Source: Paraspadella gotoi
Taxonomy: Eukaryota > Animalia > Chaetognatha
Length of the DNA: 64,000 bases
Assembly (NCBI GenBank): GCA_051294375.1
Contig: CM119267.1
Coordinates: 9,077,709 to 9,141,708, forward strand
Direction: 5' to 3'
The notes under the pieces are model-generated. The model worked only from the letters and a program-made list of their open reading frames with translations, was not told where the DNA came from and did no database searches. A program made the translations under genes and the position numbers. This document shows positions 1 to 11,628 of the stretch, in pieces (the first letter of the stretch is position 1; every line of letters starts with the position of its first letter).

Positions 1-974
1 AAGGGCGGGGACGGAGTTAATGGTGTGACAGCGGTTTTCACGTTCCACGAAGGCTCTCAGAAGATAGTCGTTATTGGATGTGAGGATAAATGCGTTTATT
101 TGCGTGATTTTTTCACGGGAGTTCTGTTCAGGTAGCGATTGTAGTTTTGTGCAACACTCGGGAGAAAATAAAAATCAATCCCTGTTTTTAACCCAATGCC
201 ATAAAATTTAGTATGCGTTTCGATCATGTCATATTCCTTTGGTTTTTTTTTTACAGAACGGTATCTGGGCTGGCGACCAATCCGCGTTTATTGCGCTTGT
301 CAGCCTACGTCAGCCGAGGGTCGAAGCTTTTTTTACCAACTTCTACGGGTCTCTTTTGTTACGATGCTCATCACCCGACACATTATATCCAGATTGGATC
401 TTTTACTGGTGAGTGAGCTGCGATGTCTCGAAAGTTGGGATATGTCATGTGTCATATGTCATTCACAGTTTGCGAATTATTTTTGCAGGATTTTCTCCGT
501 CGGCCTTCGCGCTGACTGCCGACGACTCTGCTCTGATTGGTGGAAAAGGCATGATAATTATTCTCTCGCTTTATGGAACTTCGAACCCAGGCAACGGCCT
601 CATATTTTTGACAGATTTTTCGGATTGGGTCACCTCCATCGCGTCGTCAGGAACTATGGTGAGTTTTTCTGATAAAATTATAAAAATCGTCGTTAACTAA
701 AATTTGAAAAAATTAGGTATATTACGGATACCGCGAAGGTGGTGTCAAAAGATTGGACATTTCCTCTATAGAAAGACACTCCTGTGGTTGGGCTTCTTGT
801 CAACTTGTTTTTGCAAGGCACTCCGATCTTCGAATTCATTTGCATCGGCATCATTTGAGATTGGGCGATAAGAAGAGTCGGGTCATTCGATGCCTGTGGG
901 GCTCTTGCAATCAATGGCTTACTCTTGGGGAGCAAAACACGGACTTTGCTCATTTGGAAACGCATCTCGGATAA
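1..974 (+). CDS. ZNF106: 3' part of WD40-repeat + C-terminal C2H2-like zinc-finger protein, ZNF106-like (partial; exons ~1-131, 257-408, 489-658, 717-974)
   Basis: Spliced frame gives WD-like strands (IVVIGCEDKCVYLRDFFTGVLFRTVSG) ending in HSCGWASCQLVFARHSDLRIHLHRHH...RCLWGSCNQW...AHLETHL, like the ZNF106 C-terminus; GT-AG introns keep the frame. Confidence 0.65.
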
Positions 975-1116
975 TGCATAACGGATAATAAGGACTTTTT
1001 TGTTGAGCACGATTGTGCCTGTGATTGTCGCCTGTGATTTCATTTGGCTCCTTTTTTTACATGTTTTTTTCTATAATGTTATCGTTTTTGTAGACGCAAT
1101 CCTAAAGTTGAAGGCG

Positions 1117-1554
1117 ATGCCAAAAGGATCAATTCCTCATCCTCAAAGCAGCGACGAGACTATTCGACCCTTTGCCAATGGCACGATCTCGGAAGGTGAA
1201 GGAAGAGGAGAAAGCGGCGCCACAGATTTAGCGCGAGATGCCGCTCCCGACGTTGTTGTGGACCAAATAATTTCCATCGAGCCTCGCTTCGTCCCTGAAC
1301 GAATTTCGCCACCGTCAACCAGAAAGCGAAAGCGCATTCTCATGGAGGATCACGCTCGAACCAGTGGCTTTGATAAATCCTTTGTTCCAGAAAAAATCGT
1401 CGACGCCTCGGAAGCTTCCGGCGAACTCATGTTTCTCTTGAAATGGACCCACTCGCATAGTTTGGAGTGGGTCTCTGCTCGACAAGCGAACGTCAAGTGC
1501 CCGAAAATGGTCATCGGGTTTTACGAGAATCGTCTCGGCTCTGTAAAAGATTAA
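1117..1554 (+). CDS. HP1/CBX-family chromo-shadow-domain-only protein
   Basis: GFDKSFVPEKIVDASEASGELMFLLKW...VSARQANVKCPKMVIGFYENRL matches the chromo shadow domain; basic RKRKR hinge; no chromodomain seen; ATG at 1117 follows tttttgtag acceptor. Confidence 0.85.
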   Translation: MPKGSIPHPQSSDETIRPFANGTISEGEGRGESGATDLARDAAPDVVVDQIISIEPRFVPERISPPSTRKRKRILMEDHARTSGFDKSFVPEKIVDASEASGELMFLLKWTHSHSLEWVSARQANVKCPKMVIGFYENRLGSVKD

Positions 1555-1671
1555 AATAAAATTTTGATTGAACTTTCCATTGTTTATTTATTTAGCTCTT
1601 CATTGATAGTTTCACCAGTTTGTTTTCGTAAGTTTTTTGTTAATTAAAAGTGAAAGAAAAACTTTGGGAAA

Positions 1672-2098
<427 letters not shown>

Positions 2099-2578
2099 CA
2101 AATTCTTTCTATTTTTTGACGCTTCTGAATGCTTGACATGTCTATTTGCGGTTATCCGTTTCATCTTTGAGTATTTTTTCTGTGCAAACACCGTCTTTTT
2201 AACTCTAAGGGGAATAAAATGAAAATCTGGGGTTAGTAAGCTGAGCAGAGTGTAATTTGTCTGAATATAATGACTATTATGACATTAAATCGCCTTTTGT
2301 AGTATTTTCTGTTTTAGATTCACGATGACTTTATGAAATATATAATGTACTTCGGATGTTTTGCGGACTTAAAAGAACAGCTATGGCTTCCTCCGGAGTC
2401 TATTCAAGCGAGGAGAATATGAATAGATTGAAATAATTATTTTACGTATTAATTTTCTAGCAACCTGTGTACCTTTTTGATTTATCATAATCTTAGAGAA
2501 ACTTTTAATTCTATTTCTTTTATTAAACTATCATATAAAAAATCCAATTTTATAGATTTGTATTTTGCAAACGTTACT

Positions 2579-4443
2579 ATGCCAGCCGAAAATTTGGAAG
2601 ACGAGGGACTTCCGAAGAATCCCGATTTAGAGTTAGCTCAAGTAAGATACAATCAGTCGGTGGAGGCGAATCCCTAGAAATTTACAAATCTTTTTATACT
2701 TTCTTTCCCTTAGTTGAAGTTCCAGTTGTCTCAGGACGGCCATAAAAATGACGCGGCCATGAAGCAACGACTCCTAGCGGCCATGGAAAAGGATGCAATG
2801 GCGAAATTTTACGAGGACACCTGCACTGAGTTTGGGTGGCCGGTCGACCGCGTCAAGTTGGAGAAAATGAAGGAGGATAACAACAAACGCCTGACCGAAC
2901 TGGACGAAAAGATCGAAGACGCCGAAAAAAACCTTGGCGAGACAGAGATACGCGACGCTCTTCTCGCCAAGGCCGAATATCTCTGTAGAATCGGCGACAA
3001 GGACGAAGCTCTCACTGCCTTCCGGTGAATTTTTTTTCAATAGCGAACGGCTAAGCTGATGAAAATGATAATTCTCGTGGAGGAGGGGGAAGTCCCATAC
3101 ATTCGAATGTCTTGTTTCAGAATGACTCACGAGAAAACGGTGTCTCTTGGGATGAAGTTAGACTTAATATTCCATCAAATTCGTATTGGACTTTTCTACA
3201 TGGACCACGATCTTATTACAAGAAACCTCGAAAAAGCTCAAGAGTTGATTGAAAGTGGCGGAGACTGGGACCGTAAAAATAGATTAAAGGTAAGCTGAAA
3301 TTGACAATGGTAGTACTCTCTGGAGTCTGGACACATGCAGTTTTTATTTACTGACCATTACGTTTTAAATCAATAGGTTTACAACGGCTTATATCAAATG
3401 TCCATTCGAAATTTCAAGCAAGCCGCGGAGTTATTCCTCGATACAGTGGCAACATTTACTTCGTACGAGTTAATGAGCTACCAAACTTTCGTAACCTACA
3501 CTGTTTACTGTTCCATGATCGCGCTGTCACGGTGAGGAAAATTAAAAAAGCGAAAGAAATAATCAGTCACTTAATTAGTTAATATTATAATTTATTTTTA
3601 TTTAATTAATTTCAGTCCGAAGCTTCGTGAGAAAGTCGTAAAGGGGGCGGAGATATTAGAAGTTTTGCATTCCCTACATGATGTTTACGAATATCTGTTC
3701 TCCCTGACCAATTGTCAATATGCGACATTTTTCAAAACTTTAGCGCGCGTCGAACAAAACATCAAGATCGATCGCTATCTCCACCAGGTTTAAAACTTTT
3801 TTAGAGACTTTTAAAATGGGCTCTCCAAGCTCCTACACAATCTCACCGTATGTCGTTAAGGTTGCCCAACTCGATCAATCCGCATAACTATAACAATAAA
3901 CTATGCCATTAAGAGTTTCTGAAAAATGTGTTTTTTGTTTGTTTTTTTTAAGCACTATCGGTTTTATGTCCGAGAAATGCGTGTGTTGGCATATGCGCAG
4001 CTATTGCAAAGCTATCGTTCTTTGACTCTGACGTACATGGCAAAAGCATTTGGCGTCTCCACGGAGTTCATTGACAAAGAGCTGGCAAGGTAAAGCAATA
4101 AAAAAAAATTCATTGGGTCAAAAGGAAGTTGTTGATTGCTTTTTTGGGTCATTTTTACGTCAATCATTTAGAATATAAACCAAAAACTTTGAATTCATTT
4201 TTTGGTGATCCCAAGTTTAAGCGTTTGGTTATCGAAATTATTATTGTGGGACTTAATCTCTCTGGTGAATTTTTCCCCAGGTTTATTGCGGCCGGACGAC
4301 TCCATGCAAAGATAGACAAAGTCAACGGAATAGTGGAAACGAATCGACCTGATAGCAAAAATCAGCAGTACCAAAATGCTATTAAGCAAGGAGATCTGCT
4401 TCTCAACAGAATACAAAAACTTAGTCGTGTCATAAACATATAG
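2579..4443 (+). CDS. PSMD6: 26S proteasome regulatory subunit RPN7 (7 exons)
   Basis: [72 protein letters not shown]...[17 protein letters not shown]. Confidence 0.97.
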
Positions 4444-4565
4444 GGTTTTTAATTCGTGCAAGAACTGCTCGTCATACTATTATCTCCATTTTATTTTTTC
4501 AAAAAGTAATCTTTAAAGTTAATTCCTGCAGATAATTAATCATAACTATCAATAATCTTTTCAAA

Positions 4566-5516
4566 ATGAACAACGAATTTAACTCCATCGCTTCTAAACT
4601 TCAAAGTCTAGAAGAGAGCCTTATGAGTATCATTTTGGAAGCCACAGTGAAAATTTCTAAACTCACCGACAACAACATTTTCATTTTGATTGAAACGCCT
4701 TCAAAATCGCGAAAAATCTGCGGCGATGAGTCGTTGGTTCGTGATTTTCAAAGCTTAAGACTCCTTCCACGACCCGATGACTCTGAATTCACATTGGAAA
4801 AACCCTCATTGTGCCAAAAATGCTCAAGTGTCGACGATTCTCTGACAGTGTGCCCAACTCGGATTGAAAGAGATTTTAATACTGACTTTCAAAATAACCT
4901 GAATAACCGAAAAAGAAAAACGGAGGATGTTGCCCAGCCTGTAACGCCTAAATTGGTGAAAATGGAATCCGTCTCGATGACAATAACTGATCATGATGTT
5001 GTCAACGAAGTAAACGAGTCCGTAGCTGACGACAATGATATTTTTGATTTGGAAAATGCTCAAAACGTTGGTATCGTTTGCCGGTCTACAACTCTTCCTT
5101 CGAAATTTCCAGAGATTTACGAAAAAGATGGATTTGCTCTTGATGGAAACCTTGTTCGCCAAATCGTTGAAGAACATATTACTACTAGTAAAAAGGGGCA
5201 AGCACTTCTTTCGAATGAATTCGATTTGACCATTGCGGGTGTAAAGGGATTAAAAGAAACTTCCGTTCTTTCATCTTTACTATGGGACATCGCCAAACAT
5301 TTTGTATTTGAAATTAAAAAATACGTGATTGTACCGAATGACCGAAGCTTTTGGAGCTCAGCTGCAGACTGTTTGATTGATGTGGTTTTTATGATATTTC
5401 CTGGTTTAGCGTACAAAAACAAATCCGATTGGAGGCAAAGGTTATATTGTTATGTGAAAAAAATACAAAATACGAGAAAAAGTTTTCAAGTTGACGGATT
5501 ATTCGGCGCAAATTGA
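4566..5516 (+). CDS. Uncharacterised 316-aa protein, paralogue A of a local pair
   Basis: Intronless ATG ORF; N-terminal ~60 aa clearly similar to ORF 7219-8193 (LEESLMSIILEATVKISKLTDNNIFILIE vs MEENLIVIILEAALKISKLTDNRVFVLVE); basic NLS-like RKRK. Confidence 0.8.
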   Translation: MNNEFNSIASKLQSLEESLMSIILEATVKISKLTDNNIFILIETPSKSRKICGDESLVRDFQSLRLLPRPDDSEFTLEKPSLCQKCSSVDDSLTVCPTRIERDFNTDFQNNLNNRKRKTEDVAQPVTPKLVKMESVSMTITDHDVVNEVNESVADDNDIFDLENAQNVGIVCRSTTLPSKFPEIYEKDGFALDGNLVRQIVEEHITTSKKGQALLSNEFDLTIAGVKGLKETSVLSSLLWDIAKHFVFEIKKYVIVPNDRSFWSSAADCLIDVVFMIFPGLAYKNKSDWRQRLYCYVKKIQNTRKSFQVDGLFGAN

Positions 5517-6466
5517 TTGTAAAACATTTTAGTGATTTACTTAACCCCTGAAATTTTTTTTTTTTTTCCAAAATTTTTTTTATTTAACTTTTCCTTCTTA
5601 CTAGGAGGATTTCTCTCTTACTTTCTCTACTATGAGCATTTTCCCTTTACTTTCTATAGAAATTTGCTCTTCTGTCTGCACCTACTAGTTCTTTACTTGA
5701 ACCTGCTCTTCAATAAAATAGTACATTTTTGCCTGTTTTAATCTTAGAAACCAGATAGCTTTACAAACAAAGGAGCATTTTTAAAAAAAATTTGAAAAAC
5801 AAAATAGCAATCAGTTTTAGTTTAAGTATATCAATCAGAGGTTTTAATCCTTTTTTTTCTGAAACAAAAGAACAGTCCCATTAACTTTTCTTTGTCTTCA
5901 GCCTATTCTACTAAAAGGTTTTAAAAAGAAAGAAGCTTTTTATAAGACAAAGGAACATTCAAAATAAACTGTATCTATACCTACTTGCACCTGCTTTTCA
6001 ACAAAATAACAATTGTTTTTTAAAATTATTATTATTTTAATTATTTTTATATATTTTTTAATAAATTTTTTTATTTTATTTCTTATTCTGTCTTGATCAA
6101 AGCATTTTAGTCTTATATCATATTTAAAACAAAAATAATATTTTTTTTGATTTATGAGATCTTTTTGCAAGTACCAAAATACTATTAGTACTGCAGTAAC
6201 AGTTCAGTTTAAGCCCTTGAAAGTGATTTACATGTATTGGCGCAGCCAATGGTTATTATTATTACTACCATGCTAGTAGTAGCTAGTCAATTTTTTTGGG
6301 ATGACTATTTTCGGAGATTTGTTTAAATATTACCAAAAATTAGAATTTAGTTAATAAACTTTTTATAGAATTTTTTTTATAAATTATTTACGTCATTAAG
6401 TTGTAGGAAATGTTTGTATTTATATTTTTTTAACCTTGAAATAGTTTTAATTCTTTTTAATAATTT

Positions 6467-7005
6467 TATTTTTATCTTGCCAGATGGGCCCTGGTTTATC
6501 TTGGGTGAGCTAATGGTTTATTATTTCTGATGTCGTCCTCCTATTTTTTTATAATTGGATATAATAAAAGTGTGTAATTGTAATTGGTTAAAAATTTAGA
6601 TATGGATTCCCATCATCAAAATCTTTTCCAATTTAACATGTTTCATATGGATTCAAGTATTTTTTATTTTAATTTCTATCACATTATGATTAATTGTATT
6701 ATATAAATTAATATATAGTATAGGAAAATTTTTTTTGATTATAATATTTATATGTCGCTCTTTCTCTCAATCGCAGCCTTTTCTGATTTGTCTAAATACA
6801 ATTAATTTTATTTCATAAAATTTATTTTAATTTTTAAACGTTTTTTTATCAATGCTTCTTATCATCACATCAATAATTTGGTATAATCACATCTTTCACA
6901 TTAATAATTCGTTATCGCATCAATCATTCGTTTTTTTTTTTTTAATATTGAGCGATAAATTATTACGATTTTTATATTTTTTCATTAATTTTCTTTGATA
7001 GTAAC
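6467..7005 (+). mobile_element. Degenerate non-autonomous element (Helentron/HINE-like family 2), copy 1
   Basis: 5' ttttatcttgccagatg...cttgggtgag...gtcgtc and 3' catcaataatt tandem units ending ttaattttctttgatagtaac recur at 60963-62060. Confidence 0.5.
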
Positions 7006-7218
7006 TATACTTTTAAGATTTTTGATCATTTCATAAGTAGTGTACGACTGTAAGTATACCGATATTTTCTAGCATGGGTAGAACGCCTAAAATACTTCAT
7101 TTTACATTTAATGTCGTTCATTAAAATGTTTATTATTCATAGTTTTATATAAAAGCAAATTGTAAAGCCGTTGTACTAACCTCTCTCTTAGTTTGTTTCT
7201 AGAGTTATATTTTGAACC

Positions 7219-8193
7219 ATGGAAGTTTCTTCAAAACTTGAAACAATTCTTCATAAACTACATTACATGGAAGAAAATTTGATTGTGATTATACTTGAGG
7301 CGGCTTTGAAAATTTCCAAATTGACTGACAACCGGGTTTTTGTACTTGTTGAATCTTCTGACAATCGACGCAAAGTTTTCGGTGATTTTGACTTGGTCAC
7401 TGATTTTCAAAATCAAAAGCTTAAGTCGAATTTGAACGATCAATTTATTAACCTTCTAAATTCCAATGAAGATCATGAAACCTTGCATGCTACTCCGGTA
7501 GATGAAGTCAACAAAACTTTATCACCCAATAAGAAATCCCTGAAGAGAAGGTTCAATGAAGTTCAGGACGCGGACTTACGCCTAGCTCCTTGTAAAAACA
7601 TGAAATTTAACACCGACTTTACTGAAACTACTCCTCTCATCAGTTCTCCACCTAACAAAGGATTCACATTTTCCTCCGAAACTATCGAGTTATTAGATGA
7701 ATTGGATCATTCCGAATGTAATGCTGCAGTCGAAGTCGATCGAGATTCAACACTTCCCATTAACTGTAGCCCTCCCAACTTTTCGGAAACGGTGCAGACA
7801 AAGCGCATTTATAAATCGGGAAATTTCATTCTCAATGCTCACGTGGGTGATTGTAATCCCAAGGGTTTTATTGGCAAAAGTAGAAAAGCCAAGGCACTTA
7901 AATCCAACAGTTACGATTTTAACAAAATTGAGATAAAAAACACGAAGGAATTCTTGGTGAATTCATCGTTGATCGACGACACGACAATACATTTTTTTGA
8001 ATGTATTTATGATGTACCAGACGATGACAGATTTTTTACGACGGCGGCCGTCTATTTAACGGACTGTTTCTTGGAGGTCTTTCCGGAAATTTCGCAACAC
8101 AAAAAATATTTATGTAAAAGTTTTATTAATTCTTTACGAAATAACTCTAGCAGAAATGTTGAGAAGGGGAAACTAACTGGATCGTTGGTTTAA
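7219..8193 (+). CDS. Uncharacterised 324-aa protein, paralogue B
   Basis: Intronless ATG ORF sharing N- and C-terminal blocks with 4566-5516 (VPDDDRFFTTAAVYLTDCFLEVFPEI vs VPNDRSFWSSAADCLIDVVFMIFPGL). Confidence 0.8.
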   Translation: MEVSSKLETILHKLHYMEENLIVIILEAALKISKLTDNRVFVLVESSDNRRKVFGDFDLVTDFQNQKLKSNLNDQFINLLNSNEDHETLHATPVDEVNKTLSPNKKSLKRRFNEVQDADLRLAPCKNMKFNTDFTETTPLISSPPNKGFTFSSETIELLDELDHSECNAAVEVDRDSTLPINCSPPNFSETVQTKRIYKSGNFILNAHVGDCNPKGFIGKSRKAKALKSNSYDFNKIEIKNTKEFLVNSSLIDDTTIHFFECIYDVPDDDRFFTTAAVYLTDCFLEVFPEISQHKKYLCKSFINSLRNNSSRNVEKGKLTGSLV

Positions 8194-8364
8194 GATTGGT
8201 TAATAATTTTTATGTTTTTTAGCTAATAATTATTGTATTCACCACTGAGCTCCATTGTTAAATGTAGGAACATATTTTATTATATGTAACCGAATTTCAT
8301 AGTTTTTTCGTAATTTCTTCATTTTATAGAATATTTTGCTTCGGTTTTTTTTTTATGTTGGACG

Positions 8365-11300
8365 ATGGAATTTGTTCCTACTCCTCAAGGCCTTGGTCCC
8401 AGCTTTATACCATGTTGCGAATGTGGGACTCCGATTGAGCCGAACCCGGCTAATATGTGTGTTCCATGTCTGCGTTCTCGCGTAGACATTTCCGACGGAA
8501 TCCCTAAGCAAAGTGTCTTGTACTTCTGTAAATCTTGCGAGCGTTATCTGCAGCCCCCTGATACCTGGATAGTTGCCGCGTTGGAATCTAGAGAACTGCT
8601 TTCTGTCTGCTTGAAGAAGTTAAAGGGACTAGGAAAGGTTCGAATGATCGACGCCGCTTTTATTTGGACCGAGCCTCATTCCAGGTACATACATATTTTG
8701 TCTAGTAAAAGTCAAAAACCTGGAAGCAGTTGAGCGCTATATCGTTGTCTAAATTGGAAAATCGTACTTTAAAAATGTTTTCTCGCTTTCACATTTTTTC
8801 AGGCGAGTCAAAGTTAAGCTGACCATTCAAAAAGAAGTCCTAAACGGTGCCATTCTTCAGCAAAGCTTCGTCGTTGAGTATATCGTCAACTCCCAAATGT
8901 GCTCTGATTGCCAGCGAGCTGAGGCTAAAGATTATTGGAAGTCCAATGTGCAAGTTCGGCAGAAGGTGGCTCACAAGAAGACCCTTCTCTACCTGGAACA
9001 ACTGATCCTCAAGCACAAGGCGCACACGCACTGCGTGGCAATCAAGCAAGTTCACAATGGAATTGACTTTTATTTTTCAAAGAAGGAATTTGCCCAACGG
9101 TTCGTGGAATTCCTTAAGTCTGTCGTCCCCATTCGTTGGCAGTATTCCCAGACGCTCATAAGCCACGACGTCCATAATAATACCTACAACTACAAGTCTA
9201 CTTATTCTGTGGAAATTGTTCCCGTCTGCAAGGATGACGTGGTGTGCCTGCCGAAAAAGTTAGCCCAAAGCATGGGCAATATGAGCCAGGTTGCTTTTGT
9301 GCAACGCGTCACTCAATCCGTGCAACTCATTGACCCCGAGACGCTGAACAGAGTTGACATTGGCGATAAGCAGTTTTGGAAAGAACCATTCTCAAGCATC
9401 TGTTCGTCGAAGCAGTTGATGGAGTTTACTGTCATGGATATCGGTTAGTCACTGACGACTTGCTATTCATTTTTCGTTAGATTAGACAAATACTATATTT
9501 AATTTTCTGCTTTTAATGTATATGACGTTTAGATTTGGTGAACCCTGATGATCTGAGATTTGACGCCTCATGGGGAAACCTATCGCAACGCCACGTCTTG
9601 GCGGATGCTTGGGTCGTACGATCTTCGGAGTTGGGCATTGCCGGCGACGGGGACGACATGATTCATTGCAAGACGCACTTGGGTTTTCTTTTAAAGCCTG
9701 GCGATACAGTGATGGGCTATGATTTGAGGAACAGCAATAATAACAACGCTGAATTCGAGAAGATGAAGAGGAATGGGGTAACATTTAAAAATATTTTGAT
9801 TTGCAAAAGGGATTTTAAGTCTTAAAAGAGTAGTGAATTTGTGATCCCGGCGTAACCCTTTGTCGACTTTTAGAACAGAAAGAACGCATTCGTGAAACTA
9901 GTCATTCCATAAAAGAGACCAAGGGGGTTCCCTATGCTTGTATTTAAATTTTTTCAATAGGCCATTTTTTTAATATTTTTTTTTAAATTAATTTTTTTTT
10001 CAAAAAAAAATTGTTATAAGCTTTTTCTTATCATTTTATATAAAATTTAGTGTAAATCGAATAGTATTTTTTCAGGGCTTTCTGGTTATATAGTTTTAAT
10101 CTTTTTAATGCATCCCGATAAAAAGATATTAAAGGTTATACCAAAAAAATCATATTTTTTTATAATAATTGATAATTGTGATTAAACTTTCTTTCGTTGT
10201 GTTTTTAGATATTTGAAATTAAAGACGATGTCTTGATACAGCAACGATTTTATTTTTATTGTACAGACAAGTTTCGGCTTTCATTCAAGCCTTCATCAGT
10301 GCTTTTGATGCACTGATGAAGGCTTGAATGAAATCCGAAACTTGTCTGTACAATAAAAATAAAATCGTTGCTGTATCAAGACTTCGTCTTTAATTTCAAA
10401 ATAAATAATTGATAACAAGTTTAAAAATATTTTTATTATAAATAAAAAAATTAGTGATATTGTTTAATATATAAGACAAAAATTCATTTTATTATTATAA
10501 CAAATGCTTTACTTTATTTTTGTTCTAATCTATATGGCAACCTTACTTATACCATTATCTGGCTAGTAACAATAACATTCAGCCCACATCGTATCTTTAT
10601 CCTCAGAAAAAATCCTGAAATATTTTTGGATTCTTCTAAAAATGTGGATCTCCAGTAATAAAGTTTTACCTTTTAATGGGTTAGAGGTAATAAAAAGTCT
10701 TTTCGAATAAAAGCCACCATATAAAATTAGTTGGGGCATAAGTTGTTATACTAGTCTCGTAATGCTGTCAGGAAATAAAGTAGAGCAGGTGAAATATCAG
10801 AAGGTTCAGGCTTGTACTTGTTAAAAAGGTACACTCACTCTGGAAATGGTGGGGACAGGGGTGTTTAGAGGGTTAGAAACCTTCCACAAAGCCACGGGCA
10901 TCACGATATGGCTTCTTGCTTGTTTGAACCGATCTGAGAGAGATTTTCCGGTCTCGCCCACGTATGCTGCTAAGCAGGTTTGGTTGCCCTTGCCTGCACA
11001 GGCCACCCAATAGACGGCTCCTGAAGTTTGCGGTGTGAAGATTCCCTCCTTTGCTAGCACCCGCACCAATGCATCAGTGATCCCCTGGTGGTAGGGGAGG
11101 GACAGGTGGCCCACGTTCTTGAGACGCTTCTGCTTATCTCCCATTTGCGCTGTGGTGGGCGCGGTTGGTCCTTCAGCAGCAAGGCCTCGTTCTACCTCTT
11201 TGGGGGTGGGGGTTGAACTTGCGTCAGCGGTTACTTACATTACTGCTAATTTATCGTAAGCAAATACGATGTTTGCTCAAACTTGTTTTTGATTTTCCTT

Positions 11301-11628
11301 AAAGGCTCAATTTCCCGACGTTCTATTGGTGAAAAAAGTATATGCTGATCGAAGCGCCCGCGCCCGAAGACGCAAGTGGAAACTAAAACATCTGGACCGC
11401 GACGTTGAGGAGGACGTCAGCAGTGGTGAGGCCGATTACGAAGATTTCTTGGAGGACCTAGAAGAGGATAAGAACATAAGAGATGGCGTCAACATCTACG
11501 TCGACAAAAAGAAGCTTCACTCGCGCGAACCGAATGCTGAGGATGATATTCCGGAAATCAGCCTGGCTGAAATGATGGAGGACTTGGACATTGAAGACGA
11601 ACCAATGGGAAATGGGGACGAAATATGA
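8365..11628 (+). CDS. NMD3: 60S ribosomal export protein NMD3 (exons 8365-8684, 8803-9443, 9533-9777, 11305-11628)
   Basis: CCECGTPIEPNPANMCVPC, FIWTEPHSRRVKVKL, VQVRQKVAHKKTLLYLEQLILKH, PDVLLVKKVY, acidic C-terminus with NES-like ISLAEMMEDLDI. Confidence 0.97.
10261..10302 (-). ncRNA. Minimal type-I hammerhead ribozyme motif, - copy with intact stem II
   Basis: Reverse strand reads gca CTGATGA a GGCTT gaatga AAGCC GAAAC tt GTC tgt, followed by AATAAA. Confidence 0.75.
10308..10351 (+). ncRNA. Minimal type-I hammerhead ribozyme motif (Penelope-associated), + copy
   Basis: tgca CTGATGA a ggcttgaatgaaatcc GAAAC tt GTC tgta: core CUGAUGA/GAAA, NUH = GUC (10344-10346), very short stem III; one mismatch in stem II. 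Confidence 0.7.
10750..11200 (-). mobile_element. Penelope-like retroelement remnant (RT C-terminal linker + GIY-YIG endonuclease fragment)
   Basis: ORF 10821-11144(-): LSLPYHQGITDALVRVL...SGAVYWVACAG...CLAAYVGETGKSLSDRFKQ, the PLE GVVY-C..C-YVGETGR.L..R signature; GC-rich island in an AT-rich intron. Confidence 0.85.

Larger units (their letters stand above)
10212..10400. repeat. Near-perfect inverted repeat (two 91-bp arms, 7-nt loop, 2 mismatches) in NMD3 intron 3
   Basis: 10212-10302 is the reverse complement of 10310-10400. Confidence 0.95.

Noticed and set aside
2318-2436. Possible micro-exon or small ORF between RBX1 and PSMD6
   Set aside because: Acceptor and short open frames exist, but no recognisable product or clear gene structure
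3290-3376. Intronic snoRNA candidate in PSMD6 (terminal stem, CTGA)
   Set aside because: No box C (RTGATGA) at the 5' end
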